64,000 nt of DNA from Tubulanus polymorphus (GCF_964204645.1 NC_134027.1:9084485-9148484); one strand, 5' to 3'. Positions 48,001 through 62,298 are shown, counted from the first letter of the stretch. Translations and numbers: made by a program. Notes: generated by a model from the letters alone, not told the origin.

Positions 48001-50386
48001 GCTCGGAAGAAGGATGTTGCTCAGGATGCAAAATCGAAAAAGAAGAAGTCCCCAAGCAGTGCAGCATTTCAGCAGTCCAATCATGATAGAACGACTGCGC
48101 TAAAACTAGGCATGCCAAAAACAGAGGTTGTCAAACCAGGTAATGTTGTTTAAAACTTCACAGTACTTTTGAAGTTGTAGATGCAGAAATTGTATAGAAT
48201 ATGTCTGAGAATGACTACTTAGCCTTGAAATTAAGAGTAAGTAGATAGTAAAAAGAATTGTAACTTCAAAAGTTTTAAACTTACTGGGTTTGCAGGCACA
48301 GCCAGCTTATTTGGTGATTACAATACCAAACTGACCTGCCTGGTGACATGGGTCACTGGTATTTGTAGTGAGTGCTTTATTATAGAAAATGTTCTGGATT
48401 TTTGTGATTTTGTAGTACCTCGTACGACACACGCGAAAACTGGTCCTTCAATGATGCATATCCCGACTCCTACTGAGTTCAGCGCGTTTAAGACACCAGC
48501 TACGACCCCGGCTACAATTGTCCATCAACCCCAGATACTCGTCCTCGACAACGACGCCACTGCTGCCTACTATTCCGATCTGCCGACATGCACACTTCCT
48601 GTTGCGCCAATATTCCCGAGCAGTCCGACGACGGAATCATATCGTTCGCTCGTAATGAACTTGCCGGCGAAATTGCAAGCGAATCGTTTGGTGCGGCGAC
48701 GCAACAGCAAAGAGGAGGATGAAGAGATCATCCAGCGTCGATTGAGCGTTCGGCAGAGTGAAAGTGCATTTAAATACAAGGAAATCGTTGTGAAAAAGTT
48801 TGACAGCTACACCCAAATTTGGCTGTTTACGAACACAAAGCTCGGCAATTCGTTGAATCCTCAGGTAACCAAATTAAAGTCCATGTCCCTCTGTCGTTGT
48901 TGATCAAGATTTGAATGTCGATCATGCGTTTTGCCAATTGCCCACATATGAAAACTTATTCTTTTTCATTTTAATTCGTCAAGGAAAACTTGATACGCAT
49001 CTTCAGAAATATTGTCCTTTTGGTTAATGTCTTAGTTCTTGTGCTGCATGTTATGAGTTGCTTTCTTCTAAAGGAGAATAGAAGTCGTCAATTGTGTACC
49101 ATTTCAAGCTGTTCGTTCCAGGTTTTCCAAGAACTTATCTCGGCATTTAACAATGCTAAGTACGATGAAAGCTCGCTGGTGATGTTAAGCGGTACTGGTA
49201 GTCTGTTCTGCTCCGGAATCGATTTGGCGTATCTCATTAATTCGGAAAATCGCAAAAAAGCCGCTGAAAAAATGGCAGCAACTCTTCGGTAACTATATTT
49301 ACCACAGTCCACCGAATTGAAATATGGCTCAAAGTATTGAGAATATTATGGACATAGGAGTGGATATGTACCGTCTACTTAAGGTTGCAACACAAACAAG
49401 ATCTTGAGGATCGTAGTCTAGATATTGTTGAAAATTTTTGCTGTTTCGATCTTTTAGGGATTTTATACAAACACTGATAGCGTTTCCTAAGCCGGTTGTC
49501 GCCGCGGTGAATGGGCCGGCTATTGGTCTCGGTGCTACTATCTTGCCATTATGCGATGTCGTGTATGCCAGTGACAAGGCATCGTTCTATTTGCCGTACG
49601 CTCGAATTGCTCAAACTCCTGAAGGCTGTTCGTCATTCACTTTACCATCAACAATTGGAATGGCTATGGTCAGTTTTGTCGGGTTCATGAAAATATGCAC
49701 TTTTGCCTATTACCAAATGGCTTTTAAAATCTCGTTTGACTTGACTCTATCTGTTATTTCCATTTGTAAGGCTAATGAAATGTTGTTTGGGGGTCGAAAA
49801 CTGACGGCGATGGAAGCGTATCAAAGCAGTTTGGTATCACAGGTGTTTTGGCCAACAACCATGATGCAAGAAGTTGTGCCAAGGGTTCAACAGATGGCAA
49901 GTCAGTCTGCGCGAGTAAGTATTACTTAACCCCAATATCGTGCTCGAGTTAGAGCTGCCAACAGTTCCTGATTTTTGGTATTTGTTACTCTTTTAAGAAA
50001 TACGGATTTGATTTGTTTGATGCATACAGAAACTGAGTTACAGTTACTGAGGGTCTTACTTTTGATTACTGATTAATTTGAACATTTTCTTTCATATTTC
50101 AATAAAGTGTACTGAAAAAAAATTCAATTTGTTACTGATGGCACTTCAGAGGTTGGCAGCACTAGATATACTGCATAGCATTGAATGTCGGGTGCAAATT
50201 TTCACTCTTGCTTTGGTTTTTTTTTAGGCATTGGAAGCGACCAAACTGATGATACGTAGCCATATCAAGGCCAAACTGGATTATACGAATGATTCTGAGT
50301 GCAATATGTTGAAAGATTGTTGGTTGACGTCCGAATTCTACACTGCAGCAAAAATCTACGTCGAAGAGGAGCAACATTTTCTTTGA
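45049..50386 (+). CDS. CDYL: Chromodomain Y-like protein; exons 45049-45093, 46960-48139, 48416-48864, 49122-49288, 49458-49668, 49771-49914, 50228-50386
   Basis: Chromodomain IYE|IDDVLQKR...EYLIKWKGYEKKFNSWEP. CDY-type RRLSVRQSESAFKYKEIVVKK. Crotonase-like motifs LFCSGIDL, FPKPVVAAVNGPAIGLGA, AQTPEGCSS and GRKLTAMEA. Confidence 0.95.
49950..50164. mobile_element. hAT-like MITE in the last CDYL intron
   Basis: TAGAGCTGCCAAC and GTTGGCAGCACTA termini with internal TTACT repeats; no clear TSD. Confidence 0.55.
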
Positions 50387-53300
50387 TGTGCTATATCTAT
50401 TCTAGACTTCTAGGTGATAAACGATTTTATACGAGCGAATATTCGGAAAATACGCCGCGAGAATCATTCGAAACCGACTCGCCCTCGAGTCCGATCATTC
50501 TTAGGACTGTTTTTATTTGAATGTTTGTACATTGCCCGATTATGATGAACAGTTTTATACAGTGAATCTTGCCAAGCACTTATGAAGGCATTCAAGCAAT
50601 TACACTCGTTTCTAGGCACGAATAATCGGTTACCCCTCTTTATTCGCTGAAAACACGAGTTGTACTGATTTAAGAAGATATTTAGGCATGGTTTACTTAT
50701 TTTGTTTAATCGAATGTCTCGTATGTATGCAATCGCACGTCTTAATCATGTAGTAGTCATGCGCATTTTTGTGCTAGGAAAACAATTGCACTTTACATGC
50801 TCTTGAAGTGCTTTGTTTGTTGGGTATTGTAAAAGATTTTTTCAGTTACACGAGCATGATATTCCCGGTAATCCGGTTATCTTTACGCATCGTCATTGAT
50901 GTACTATACATGTATAATGCTGAAGAAAAAATCTTAATTCGCACAAAATGTATCTTTCAATGGTGGGAATACAAGAAATAATGATTTTGTTGTCTCATTT
51001 TCCTCTAGTATAGCGAGGTTTTTTCGATCATGTGTATTTCATTAACTTCTAGAAGAAATTGCTCATATGGAAATCGAAGAAAAAGAAAATCTTGTATTTG
51101 ATGTAACATGTCCGAATAGAAGAATTTTAGAAATAGAAATAATACGGTAATCGGATCGTTAGTTGAGGAACCCTCTGAAATGTGCGATGATGTTGAATTT
51201 TAGCGATAAGAAATAGTGATCTTTTTAATAAAATGATCGAATAGCCATAATCATGTATGCATGTTACTGTACGATAAATGAAGGTATATTTTTGTAAAAA
51301 AAACGGTTCTCATCTGACAAATACGACACTTGTGATAAATGATATCAATCAAATACTATATTATAGCAAAATTAAAGGAAGAAAAATATCCCCCTTGGCT
51401 TTGTATTATTAAGTAAATCATGTTTCTGATTGATGTGGTTGAAAATATTAATAAGTAACTGTAGTTTTGTAAATGAAATAATGTCCATGAATATCAGTTT
51501 GTTGACTATTTAGCCCACTTGGACTTAGTCCTAGCGTTCACTTTTCATCCGTATGTTTGTCTGTCTGTTGATGGAATCAAGTTATTTTTGGAAGTTTTGA
51601 AGATGCTTCAATTGATTGTCTTGATATTTGGTTTGTACATGTGTCTACCATTAGACGCACTTGCAGCCCAAAAATTGGCCCGGTCAGAATCAATATGGCC
51701 GAATTGTGACCATTTAACTTAGTCTTGATATTTGATAATTGGTAGCAATTTCATTGGAAATGTCACCCCACATGGAAATGGTATCATCCATTTTTTTTTA
51801 TAATCCATATTTTTGGTAAGTTTTTAAGGTCATTGGTTCATGTATATGCTCACCACGGGACATTGAGAACTGAAATTTTCTGGTAGTTGAGCGTTTCAAA
51901 GCACTTCCCAAGTGGGCGTGGTGTCTTTGGACCCATAGTTCCTTATCTAACTATTGTCGACGCTTACTCGGAGCACTGGGACCGTAAATGTTGCGCCGAT
52001 TTGGCCACGTTATTGAATTGAGATATTCATGTCTTGTCGTGTTAGCTTTTTGTAAATATGGATTTTAATTTATTTTGTAACGCTTTCGTCAAAATACATT
52101 ATCATCAATTCGACAATTAAATATTTGTCATGGCTGTAGTTACTGTAAGCAGGATAATGCACGCAGACCTAACGCAACGCTTGTCTCGCTCCCAAATTCG
52201 TGTTTTATGTGAACGATTGAGGATTCTGGGAGTGGCACTTGCGCTAGTTACGGAGTTCCAACTAGAAACGGCGTAATCGATGCTCTTCGCTGTCGATTTT
52301 GGTCGGGATGTCTTCTTCGTAGTAAGTTTTCCGACCACAATCATTTCAATGGGTAATTCATATAGTTCTGTTATACAATGTATCATTTTTGCGGAGAATC
52401 AAAGGGAATGCCCGCGCCTTTAGTTGAGAATTTTTAAAAGAATGTCATCATCACGCTGTATATTGTATGACTAGTGATTTCTAGTATATTTCTTAGGTTC
52501 GTGAATTCCTCGTCGTGCATGCATCGTGTGGGTGTTATAAATGTATATGAACACTTATAATGAATATCAGACAGGTTTAGGCTAAACTCTAGAAATGATG
52601 AAAAATTATCACGTGTGCGAATTATATCGTTAATTCATGATAAAGTGTATGTTGCGAATGATAAGTTCGAATAAAGGTATCTTAATATAACGTAAGTTTG
52701 TTGTTTCTTTGTACTACTGACAAAATAGGCTTACAACGTAACTACGAAAAATCAGCCAAAAATGAAGAAAAATTGTTTGACGCTGGTGATTTTTTTGAAA
52801 GATGAGCGATGTATCCGTCGGACAAGTAGCTTTGGTGTCTACTCAATTTCTTTTTACTCTTGGTAAACCCTGAAATACATCGGGGAAATCCTCCGTTGCC
52901 GCTCCACACGGGTTAATCGTGACCATAAGTGGAGTCGAGGCGGCGTGATAGGTTCGCTTCGATAAACTGTTGAAATTTATTAGCCAGAGAAGTGAACATT
53001 TTTCCCACTATAGTATAGCGAATGTAGGTGATAATTCCGAGGGAATATTCCCCGCGGTTGAATTCCCTCCAGTAAAATCCCACAAGGTCAGAAACTTTTA
53101 AAAAACTTGGGTAACAATCCACGCGGTAAATCCCCCGAAATCCAGTTTTATATCAAACAAGAGAAAAAATACTTTTTACCACGATATCAAGGAACACGTA
53201 TACATGTATATAAATGTTAATTCTTTTATCAGTTTCAAACTATATCATTTCTTCATAGACATTTTCAAAACTACGAAAATGTCAGTTTTGATGCGTGTAG

Positions 53301-53974
53301 CTCTCTAAAAGTACTTTATACGGTATACTTATCATTCGGAGGAGTCGGGAAAGTAAGTTTAAAAACCCAATACATACAAAATCAAAAGGTGAATGCGAAA
53401 AAATGTTTCGGACTCCCTCTAGAGACCATCCGACGGTCTCTTGAGACTATCACGCCTGTCTCGACTAGAGAGAGAGAGAGAGATAGTCCGAAACGTCATT
53501 TGTAATTCCTAAAGGAATAGATTTCGCTTTTAAATTTTGTATACAGTGTGTATTAAACTCATTTTCCCCACTCCCCGAATGATACCTAGCCTATACCGTA
53601 CGAAATGCGCTCTAAAAGCCGTGCGATTGATATTGACCAACAAACGGAGAAACACTTGAACATCGCTCACACGTCGATCGCTTTCTTAGTCGAGGGTTAC
53701 AATCTGTACCAAGTGAGCTTCATTTTTCCACTCAATAAATACGTCGTAACCATGTCACATTCCCGCATTGTCGGCTCACCTCCATCTAATATTTATGAAA
53801 CAGATAATAAAACACATCATTCTATATGCTTGTCAAGCGTCAATTACACACATGATATGTTGCCAATTGGCGCTAGACTATATATCTAAAATATATATGT
53901 TCACACTTGACGCACGCGGTTAAAATAAACTAAACAAGAAAGCTAACTTGAAGATTTTTATTGACGCCTGAACA

Positions 53975-54086
53975 ATCACACGGAGACGATTTGGCGAGGG
54001 CCAAATTGGCACGGATCAGGCACGGGCCAATTGTCTCGGGCCTGATCCGTGCCAATTCTGCCCGGGCCAAATCGTCTCCGTGTGAC
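53975..54086. mobile_element. Short palindromic relative of the 37221 MITE
   Basis: TCACACGGAGACGATTTGGC ... GCCAAATCGTCTCCGTGTGA hairpin. Confidence 0.7.
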
Positions 54087-55449
54087 CGCGTATGCATATT
54101 GCTTTATATTAGCAACAATAGATACACGATTAAGGGATCAATAAGGTTATTTTGAATTTGAATAAATCGTCAACTGAATTGAATTTCCCAGCAACCAGTC
54201 TAGCCCCGATATTGATGGTCTATTCCACGTCATGAAACGTCATGAAATTTATCCTACATTCATTTCGTGGTGCTCTAAGGATTTGATCAGCATGCCATGA
54301 AATATGATCATAAAAACCATAAAAGTAGTCAAATAAGTTCCCTAAAATCCAGTTTATATCTTTCTATCCATTAGATACACACATTTTAATTTTAGATTTC
54401 ATACGGTAAATATATATTGTATCAGTTGAATAATCAACCAAAAAGGGCCAACCGAGGAAGGGTGTTATAATTGGAATTATCCCCGTATAGCATTTTTATG
54501 AGAATTTTAATTGAAGTACACTTAGTAGCCCAAACACTATGCCGAAAAAAGAAAAAGATGTAACAACGGTACATTTCTCTGCAAAGTTGAATTGGAAACC
54601 GTGATATACCGCAAAATATTCAAACGTCTCATTTCAAGTCAAAACTGCAACAACGACTTGCTTACCAGTGGAAACGTTTCGGTTACTTTAATGGGTTATT
54701 TTGGCGTATTCTAACGCGCGGATGATAAAGGCATCTTTTTATCGGTGCTAGGTGTCAAGATACCGTACTTGCGCGTAAAAATATCCGCTGCCAACCGAGC
54801 AGCCTATCAGAAAACTACCCCGCAGTGAAGTGGGATGATCTCTGAAACGGCGAATGGAATGTTGGGACCGCAGAGCAGACGTCAAAATTCCTTTGGTGCG
54901 TTTCAAAATATATAAAATTGACTAGCAAATGGATTAACAGGGATTATCATGGATTAGAGCCGGCATTAACACGACAACAAAACAACATCGCGGATAGTAT
55001 TCTAATTCCGCGAATACCGAACAAACTATGCCTGACCTAACAAATCACGTGCTGGACCATCCTTATTAGAAAAAAAAACTTTCATTAAAACCCTGCGACT
55101 TTTGAAGTCTCAGATAGTTTCCGAAACGCGTTTGTTTGCGTCTCGTGACTGTGAATTATCGAGTTCTTCGGCGAATCTGTTTAAAAGCGGCACTGTTCTC
55201 TTTTCTCTTTATCTTACGTTCGAGTATAGTTTTCGAGATTTTCTAGCGAAAAACCCGCACATTTTCCGCTTACGCACGTTGTTTGTGTGACCGCTATTTC
55301 TCTACAAAATCTTACGTACACGCACACGAGACATTTTCACACGTACGTTGAACGCCTAAGACGCATCCAGCGTTCGAAGTAGTTGTTCGGTGTTTTGTTT
55401 GCAGAACGTTCATTCGCGGGTTGCAAGAAGCGCGTGGGAAGTGAAAATT

Positions 55450-55538
55450 ATGGCAGCGTCTTTACTCAGGTTATCAATTGTATCGTTATTCGTCGTCTAT
55501 ATCTGTTCCCGACTAGAGGAAAAACAAAGGTTCGAGGG
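55450..55538 (+). CDS. Probable first coding exon of a secreted or membrane protein; remainder not identified
   Basis: MAASLLRLSIVSLFVVYICSRLEEKQRFEG (signal-peptide-like). Upstream acceptor TTTGCAG at ~55404 and GG|GTAAGT donor; CpG-rich upstream region. Confidence 0.4.
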
Positions 55539-55793
55539 GTAAGTTTTTAATCGAAAAATTGAAAGTTTCTCTTTATAGTTTTTTCACCAATACCCGGACG
55601 ATGTTTGTCCATGTGTTTAGAACATTTTGCGTGGCAACCTCACGAATTGATATCTTTTCGAAGTGCTGATAGATGACCGGTTTGAAAAAATACTATCAAT
55701 ATCATATTCACTTTATCGGTTATCGGTTTAGGCGATTGTGGAATATAGAAATATAACAATTGTGAAAATTTAGCGCCCTCTTATATAATCTGT

Positions 55794-56105
55794 AAATGAA
55801 TTGAAGAAATCAAGTTTAAAAGTTATTTTTGGCGGGATTTTGGAAGAAATTTGACAAGCGAAAATCCAGAAAACGAGCGAAAAATAGAGAGTGAGTTATA
55901 TAACTTATGAACTGACAGTTATAAACGTCGATTAACCAAGCAAGTTGAAAATGATATAAATGAATCGGAAGAAATCAAGTTTGAAAGATAATTGTTTTCT
56001 CGAGATTTTGGAGGAAATTTGAAGGGAAGATCCAGAAAACGAGGGAAAAATATAGTGAGTTCTCATTACCCATGAACTGACAATCCAAAACGTCGATTAA
56101 CTAAG
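55794..56105. repeat. Diverged two-copy tandem duplication (~165-bp unit)
   Basis: GAAGAAATCAAGTTT...ATCCAGAAAACGAG...ATGAACTGACA...AAACGTCGATTAAC occurs twice. Confidence 0.75.
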
Positions 56106-59100
56106 TATATAAGTTGTTGAATGATATTGATTAAACAGAAAATCCGGGAACATTTGCGCTTGCGTGAAAACATTTTGCATTTGACCGGTTCATTTAGCTG
56201 ATAAGAAGTAAATATTTGTAATCTGCTTACCGCAGAGTTATGTGGCTACTTCCTTGTGTTTATATTATGGCGATTCAAAACGTATACGAGTAAAATGCCG
56301 ACTTTAAACAATCGGAAATACTTTCGATGTGCGCACGTCGTTGGTCGTACCTATTTCAAAATCAGTCCGAGGATAATTCTCGTTTAACTTGGATATTGAT
56401 CAAATGAAATCACTACTGACATACTAAATGATTGATAATTTGAAGTGGAGAACAGATAACAAGCGTAAAACCCTCTATACAGAATTTATACAGAATTTAA
56501 TTGATCAAAAACGAATTTCAGTCATCAATAATTAAACTCAAAACAGACGACGTTTCGAACTCTCACTACAGATCATCGTCACAACTGGTATAATCTTTTA
56601 AATTCTGTATATAGCGGGTTTTACAATTATCAATAATTTGAAAAGTCTGAAAGAATTTTAAAGTTTTTCGTCGCGTAATTTTCGCTGTAACATTCCTTTG
56701 TAGTCGATGTTACATCATTGGTTGTAGCATCAAATCTAGTTTATATAATACTTTCTACCAGTAAACAGTCTCGTCAGTAGCATTTTTGTGTACGGAATCA
56801 ATTCGACGTCACGATCTGTCATTTAGTCATGTCGGTTTGTAATATAACCCCTGCAGATGATTAGCATATAAACCTGTTCATTTGGACTGTTGTGACGTCA
56901 TTTGACCCGGAACACCGCGCTTTCATTCACCGTAACCTAATACGTAATATCAGTAGCTGTTTTTAGAAGTTAGTGACTGGCCACAAAACTCTTAACATAC
57001 TAAAACCTGGACGGAGAACATTCCCTACGCAACATCAATGATTCATTGGGCGAGGAAAATATCAAAATCACCTGCTACGAATCCAAGGTCAATGCAGGGC
57101 GAAAACAATCGTTTTGTGTCGAGATTAAGCAGCGCATATAATATGTTCAATCAAAATCAGTCTATTTTCGTCATTTTAGACCAAGTCCCAAGGTTCATCT
57201 ATTATGCGCTTCCGAGTTCTTCATTATCGCTCGTTATGATCGACTGACATTTACATAATTGTTATTCGTTGCCATTAATAATTGAGTTGAATATTCCATC
57301 TGCAAGTATTTTGTTATCAAACCCTGTCTCAATATTTTTGTTGAAAGTGTTCGATTTGCACGGAATATTTACAAATATTGGATCTCATAGGCGAACGAAA
57401 AAAATGTATAATCTACTTGTTAATTTATTTGGTTGACCTGAGTTAAACAATCGTAGATCCCCGAGGGAGAGGACCGGCGAGATGGCGTGGGATTTGTCGG
57501 ATCGTGCCGGGGGATTTGTTTGTTACAATTAAAGTAGAGTCAGTGGCTGAGATAGGTGTGCGGATAGGATGTTGTCAGGCATAATCCCACCAGATATGGG
57601 CTGCTATGTCATCATTAGCGGCGTCTTAAAAGAGTCATATAAATCAGATCAGACACCATCAACTCACAAATCAACAATGATCACCGACCCACCGCATCAC
57701 AATCGAGATTACGCTACGCTCCCAAAGCAACCGACTGGTTAAAAAAATATTTCCTATGGACGAAATGGGTAAGCGAAAAGTGGAAGTATCAAACATCAAA
57801 ATATAAACGTATAAAAGATAGGGTTATATATCCCAGATAAAGGTATCGAAATATTTACCGAGCATTTTGCTCTACGCTGATAATTCTATTGTGATATTCT
57901 GTTCAGTAAAAAAATGAATTTTTAAACTTTTAAGTTCTTACTTCATATGTGTACATATATATCTAATATATTAGCTAATGGGTTCCATTATATTGATATT
58001 CCTCCGCAGAATATGCGAAATTTGATATTTCTGAGACGTTGTCATGCGACTCGCGTTAAGTGTGTGAAATTGACCATTATCATAAATCTCATATAAAGGA
58101 AATTATTGGAAAATTATTCAATCGGGAAATATTCGCGAATTCGATATATCTATACCAAAGTAGGCTAAAGTAAAGTAAAGTAAAGCGAATTATGACTGCA
58201 AGGTCTACAAGCTTAATTGCACAAACACACGATTCCATTAGGAACGTTAATATCGCTGCAAAATCTCTCAAGTAAAATTCCAATTAAGATACTTAGACGG
58301 AGGTAAGTTTACTTAGAACTCGTTGTCAATATGATATTCAAATGATTGATAGCGTTCTTCGACAACTCATCCCGCACTTCTAAAGGGTTTGACAAACCGA
58401 GCCAAAAATGCGAAAGACGACTGACTGATTTTAATCGCATCTCACGCGCACAAAATCTGCAAGTTTTTTTCAGATTTTTCTAAATGCTTTTCTAAGGATT
58501 CATAATTATATTCCATTTCCGTAGCTCCATCGAGTCTGATATTCATCATACAGGTTATTGCGCTTCTCTTCTCACATTTTCGGCATACCTTAATACAAAA
58601 ACTTACGTTCAGATTTGATACAACCAGATAATGAAACCAGAATATCAAAAACGGCCGATAACTTTTTGGTCATTGATTACAGCTGATGTTATCGACAGCA
58701 AAAATTTAAGCCTAATGCCAAAATGTATAAATCAATTCCGATATGAAAAGTGAGCATCAGAGTTAAGGACATGATCAGGATCAGATTAGAAAGCAAACAT
58801 TTATGATTTGATTAGCGTATTTAGATGGAACACTGTGAAAAAGAACGCATAAACAATTAACCGTTTCGAAACCCACGCGCGCATAACTTCACTCATTTAA
58901 CGACCCGGTACAAATTGAATCTCCAATGACGCAATATATTACATAAGATGAGGTATCCGATATTTTCCGTTTTTGTTCGTAAAGTTTCAGAGGAACAATT
59001 CAAACGATTTTAACACAGTTCGCCACGGAGTCAAAATATATATCAGGAGTGAATTCAGGATCAAAGAGGGTAGCACAACTTTAAAAAATAAAGGCATAAT

Positions 59101-62100
59101 CCACGAAAAACCCAAACATTTTTGAAAATTGACTGCTTTTTGGGCAATTTCCAAGGGTACAAAACTTTCACAACGGTAAGCGTGTGCATATGGTGCTACC
59201 GTCTGAATGCGCGCCTGTGTATACAGCATTATCTACGCCCATGAGTATGGATACAATTAAAAAGTTCAGACTTGATTCAACGCGGGTTCGAATCTTAATT
59301 GGGCTTCGTATGAATTGCACTTTGCACGCTACTTTGGTATATAAGACTGTCTGAAAATTAGTGGGAAAGGAAATTGCTAAGAAAATGATGAGCTTGTGGT
59401 CCTCGTGAATTTAGCAATTAACCTAGCAGGTTGATGACCATCGCATATCACGCAAGGGTAGGTCATTAAGTGCAGTGCAGGAATAATCACCATATTGGAT
59501 AACAATCATCAGATCTCTATTTCGAGTTGTAATCAAAAGGACCGTCGGCGGTTGCATCTGGTACGCACTTCCGCTGTATATATATATTGAATATTCATAC
59601 TAAAGATCAAGCTTTATCTGTGTAACTGGTTTCTGTTAATTCTAGTATTGTCTGCTTTTACAAGATTCTCCGAGCTCAGATTGGCGATAAATTTATCTTC
59701 GAAAACGGAATGACGGAAATATGAATGTATTGCAATAAGACCTTTGTTTAAAAAGTTGAGCGGTTTAACGAGTCCACCAATATAACCGTAGTTTGACGCA
59801 TTTTCCCTGGCATGAACTTGAAAACCTTGAAATGTTTTTTTTCAATCACGGGAGGTATTCCCGCAGTCTTGAAAGCGTTTGACATTAGCGCGCCATTTTC
59901 GTATTAATTTCTGCGTCTCAGTCAGCTCCCAGCAAAATGGCGGGGGTGTGTTATAAAATAAGCGGAATCATTGTCGGCCTCGTGGTCTGACGCTGGCTTC
60001 GTTCGTCACCTGCTTATTTTTCGCAAAAGTCAACGACAGAAAAAGGTTAATCAATCTATTTTTTTTATATATGAATGTGACTTCCTCGAATATATATATA
60101 TATATACACACACGCAAGAAGTGGGCTGCATTAAGTCTTACAGGCATACACGCCTCAGCAAAGCCTTAAGCCATGCCGTAATTGATCAAATTGTTCTAAT
60201 CTTTCCAAGACGATACTAAATTGACGTAACTTCGTACGGAATAACATACGTAAGTTATTTCCACACCCAACCACTTGTGCGATTTATATCCATTCTTATT
60301 ATTAGGGTGTCGACCAGACGATAGCGTTCGTTTTAGTTCAGAGCTTGAATGAATCTATTTTCGGTCATTTCAAAATGGATTTAACTTCGATAAACGCAAA
60401 AAATTGTTTTACATATATAAACATTTTTTTCAATCCATATATACATATTTCTTTCTCAGAATATGTATATAATATGTTATACATAACCAACAGCTCTTTC
60501 GAAATCGTTTCACTGATAACGTGGATGAACGTTTTAGAGTTTCGAAGAAGTTGCCGTATAGGTCGGTATCGATAATCGATCGACGTTCGGCCACTCATCA
60601 TCGACAAGTTTAATTTGTGAAGTAATTACCGCTACATTCCAAGCAATAACATCTACAGCCAGTTGAATGGGGGTTTGGCAAAGTAAACAAAAACATTAGT
60701 ATTTACAGCAGTTACAGGCATATGCAACTACTAGAATCTATACAAAGGTTATTGAGTAATGTAACGGTGATTAGTGGGTTATCATTAGGCCGCCAACAAC
60801 GATTTTGGCTTCGCAGCCAGGGCTAAATCCAGAGGCAAGGAAGGACATAACAACAAGGATTTTTGTCATGTTTTGTTAATCAAAAATAAATGTATAAATG
60901 TCAGTTGAATAAATGCTCAAAAGTTAATACATAAACAATTCCCACGAAGCGATTCAACACCCATTGAACGTGTATCATGCCATAACGTAATCTCTCAGGC
61001 TATCTCGAAAGTTGTAAGGTGTAATTTCTTACCCCATTACACCAACTTATCCACACTTTTGATAAGAAGCGTGTGTTACATAACCCAGAAACCAGTCGCA
61101 TTTAAAAAATTACAAATGCTTTACAACACAAGTCATATTGAAGTATCATCTCGGTTAGTAAAAAAACTCGTTAAGAAAAAATTTCCATCGTACGATTCCT
61201 GAACCAATATCGGCGTCATAGATTATGTAAATTCAGAGTGGGGGTTCGGGGTAGCGAACGAACCGCCTAAATTTTCTAAGTCCTTGTCAGTGTTAATTTT
61301 GGGTCAAGATTTTTTGAAATTTGGATAGAATTTTCATGTTTTATGTTTTGGAAAATGAAAAGTAATTCATTCTCAAATGATATATTCAGGTACCCCGGGA
61401 ACTTCATATTTTATAACTGCCCTTTTTCAGTAGGAAAGTGTCCCTTTTCGCAGTGAAAAATGCCCTTATTCTTGAAATAGAATTTGACCCACAAAAAAAC
61501 TCGGCATGAGCCTGATATTTTTACACGAAGATTTATGGTTTCATTGGAAAACACAAAATATAGATCCTTTTACCTTCATGCATAGCCAAATCTGTAGGTA
61601 GATTGTCCATGCTCAAGAATATATGCAATGTAGTGGCGAAATTGTTGATGACGTCAGATATATGCCCTCCGAGGAACGGCTGACACGCGCGCTCGGCGAA
61701 AATAGTGTAGCAATCGATTTACAAGAAATCATATAGTGTTTCATTAAGTCGAGATAAAAGAGCTCGCAATCGAGAGATGAGTGACTGGTATGCAAATGTT
61801 TACGCCGTCGCGGTCTCCGAGCGGCGTTCGATATTCAAAAATAACCTCATCTTCAATAATCTTTAATAGAAATAGAGAGCAAGTTATGCGGAAATGCGCC
61901 AGGTCCAGTTACGCGACTTACAATCACCAGGTGTGAAGTGCTTAGCTTGATCGACATTCGTCTAAATATTGCACAGAGAGTTTGCCTTCGCTCATCATTC
62001 CATCTGTAAATTTTCCATTTCGTTCGTCAGCGCAGGTCGGCGTATCATCTGCATTTCATACTCCCACAAATATTTGTATAAGTCCTATTTGAAGTTGGCT

Positions 62101-62298
62101 GTAATTGTCGCTGCAAACGATTAAAGATTCGGAGAATTATCCATTGTGATTTAGTGTTCCCATTTCTGAATAACATCAACTAGGAACAAAATAATCACTG
62201 GCCCGGATGGCGTTCATATTGCAGTATGGGTGTTTGTTTAAACTTATGTACATATGCGTATCATTTGTTGTAATTTGGTAACTGAATTGAGTAGTATA

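Noticed and set aside
47028-48779. Minus-strand ORFs over CDYL, and likewise 9962-10225, 36461-36730 and 37889-38539
   Set aside because: They are antisense shadows of real or former coding frames with no recognisable motifs.
57460-57680. Possible SINE body
   Set aside because: No recognisable A/B boxes and no second copy in the window, so it cannot be supported.
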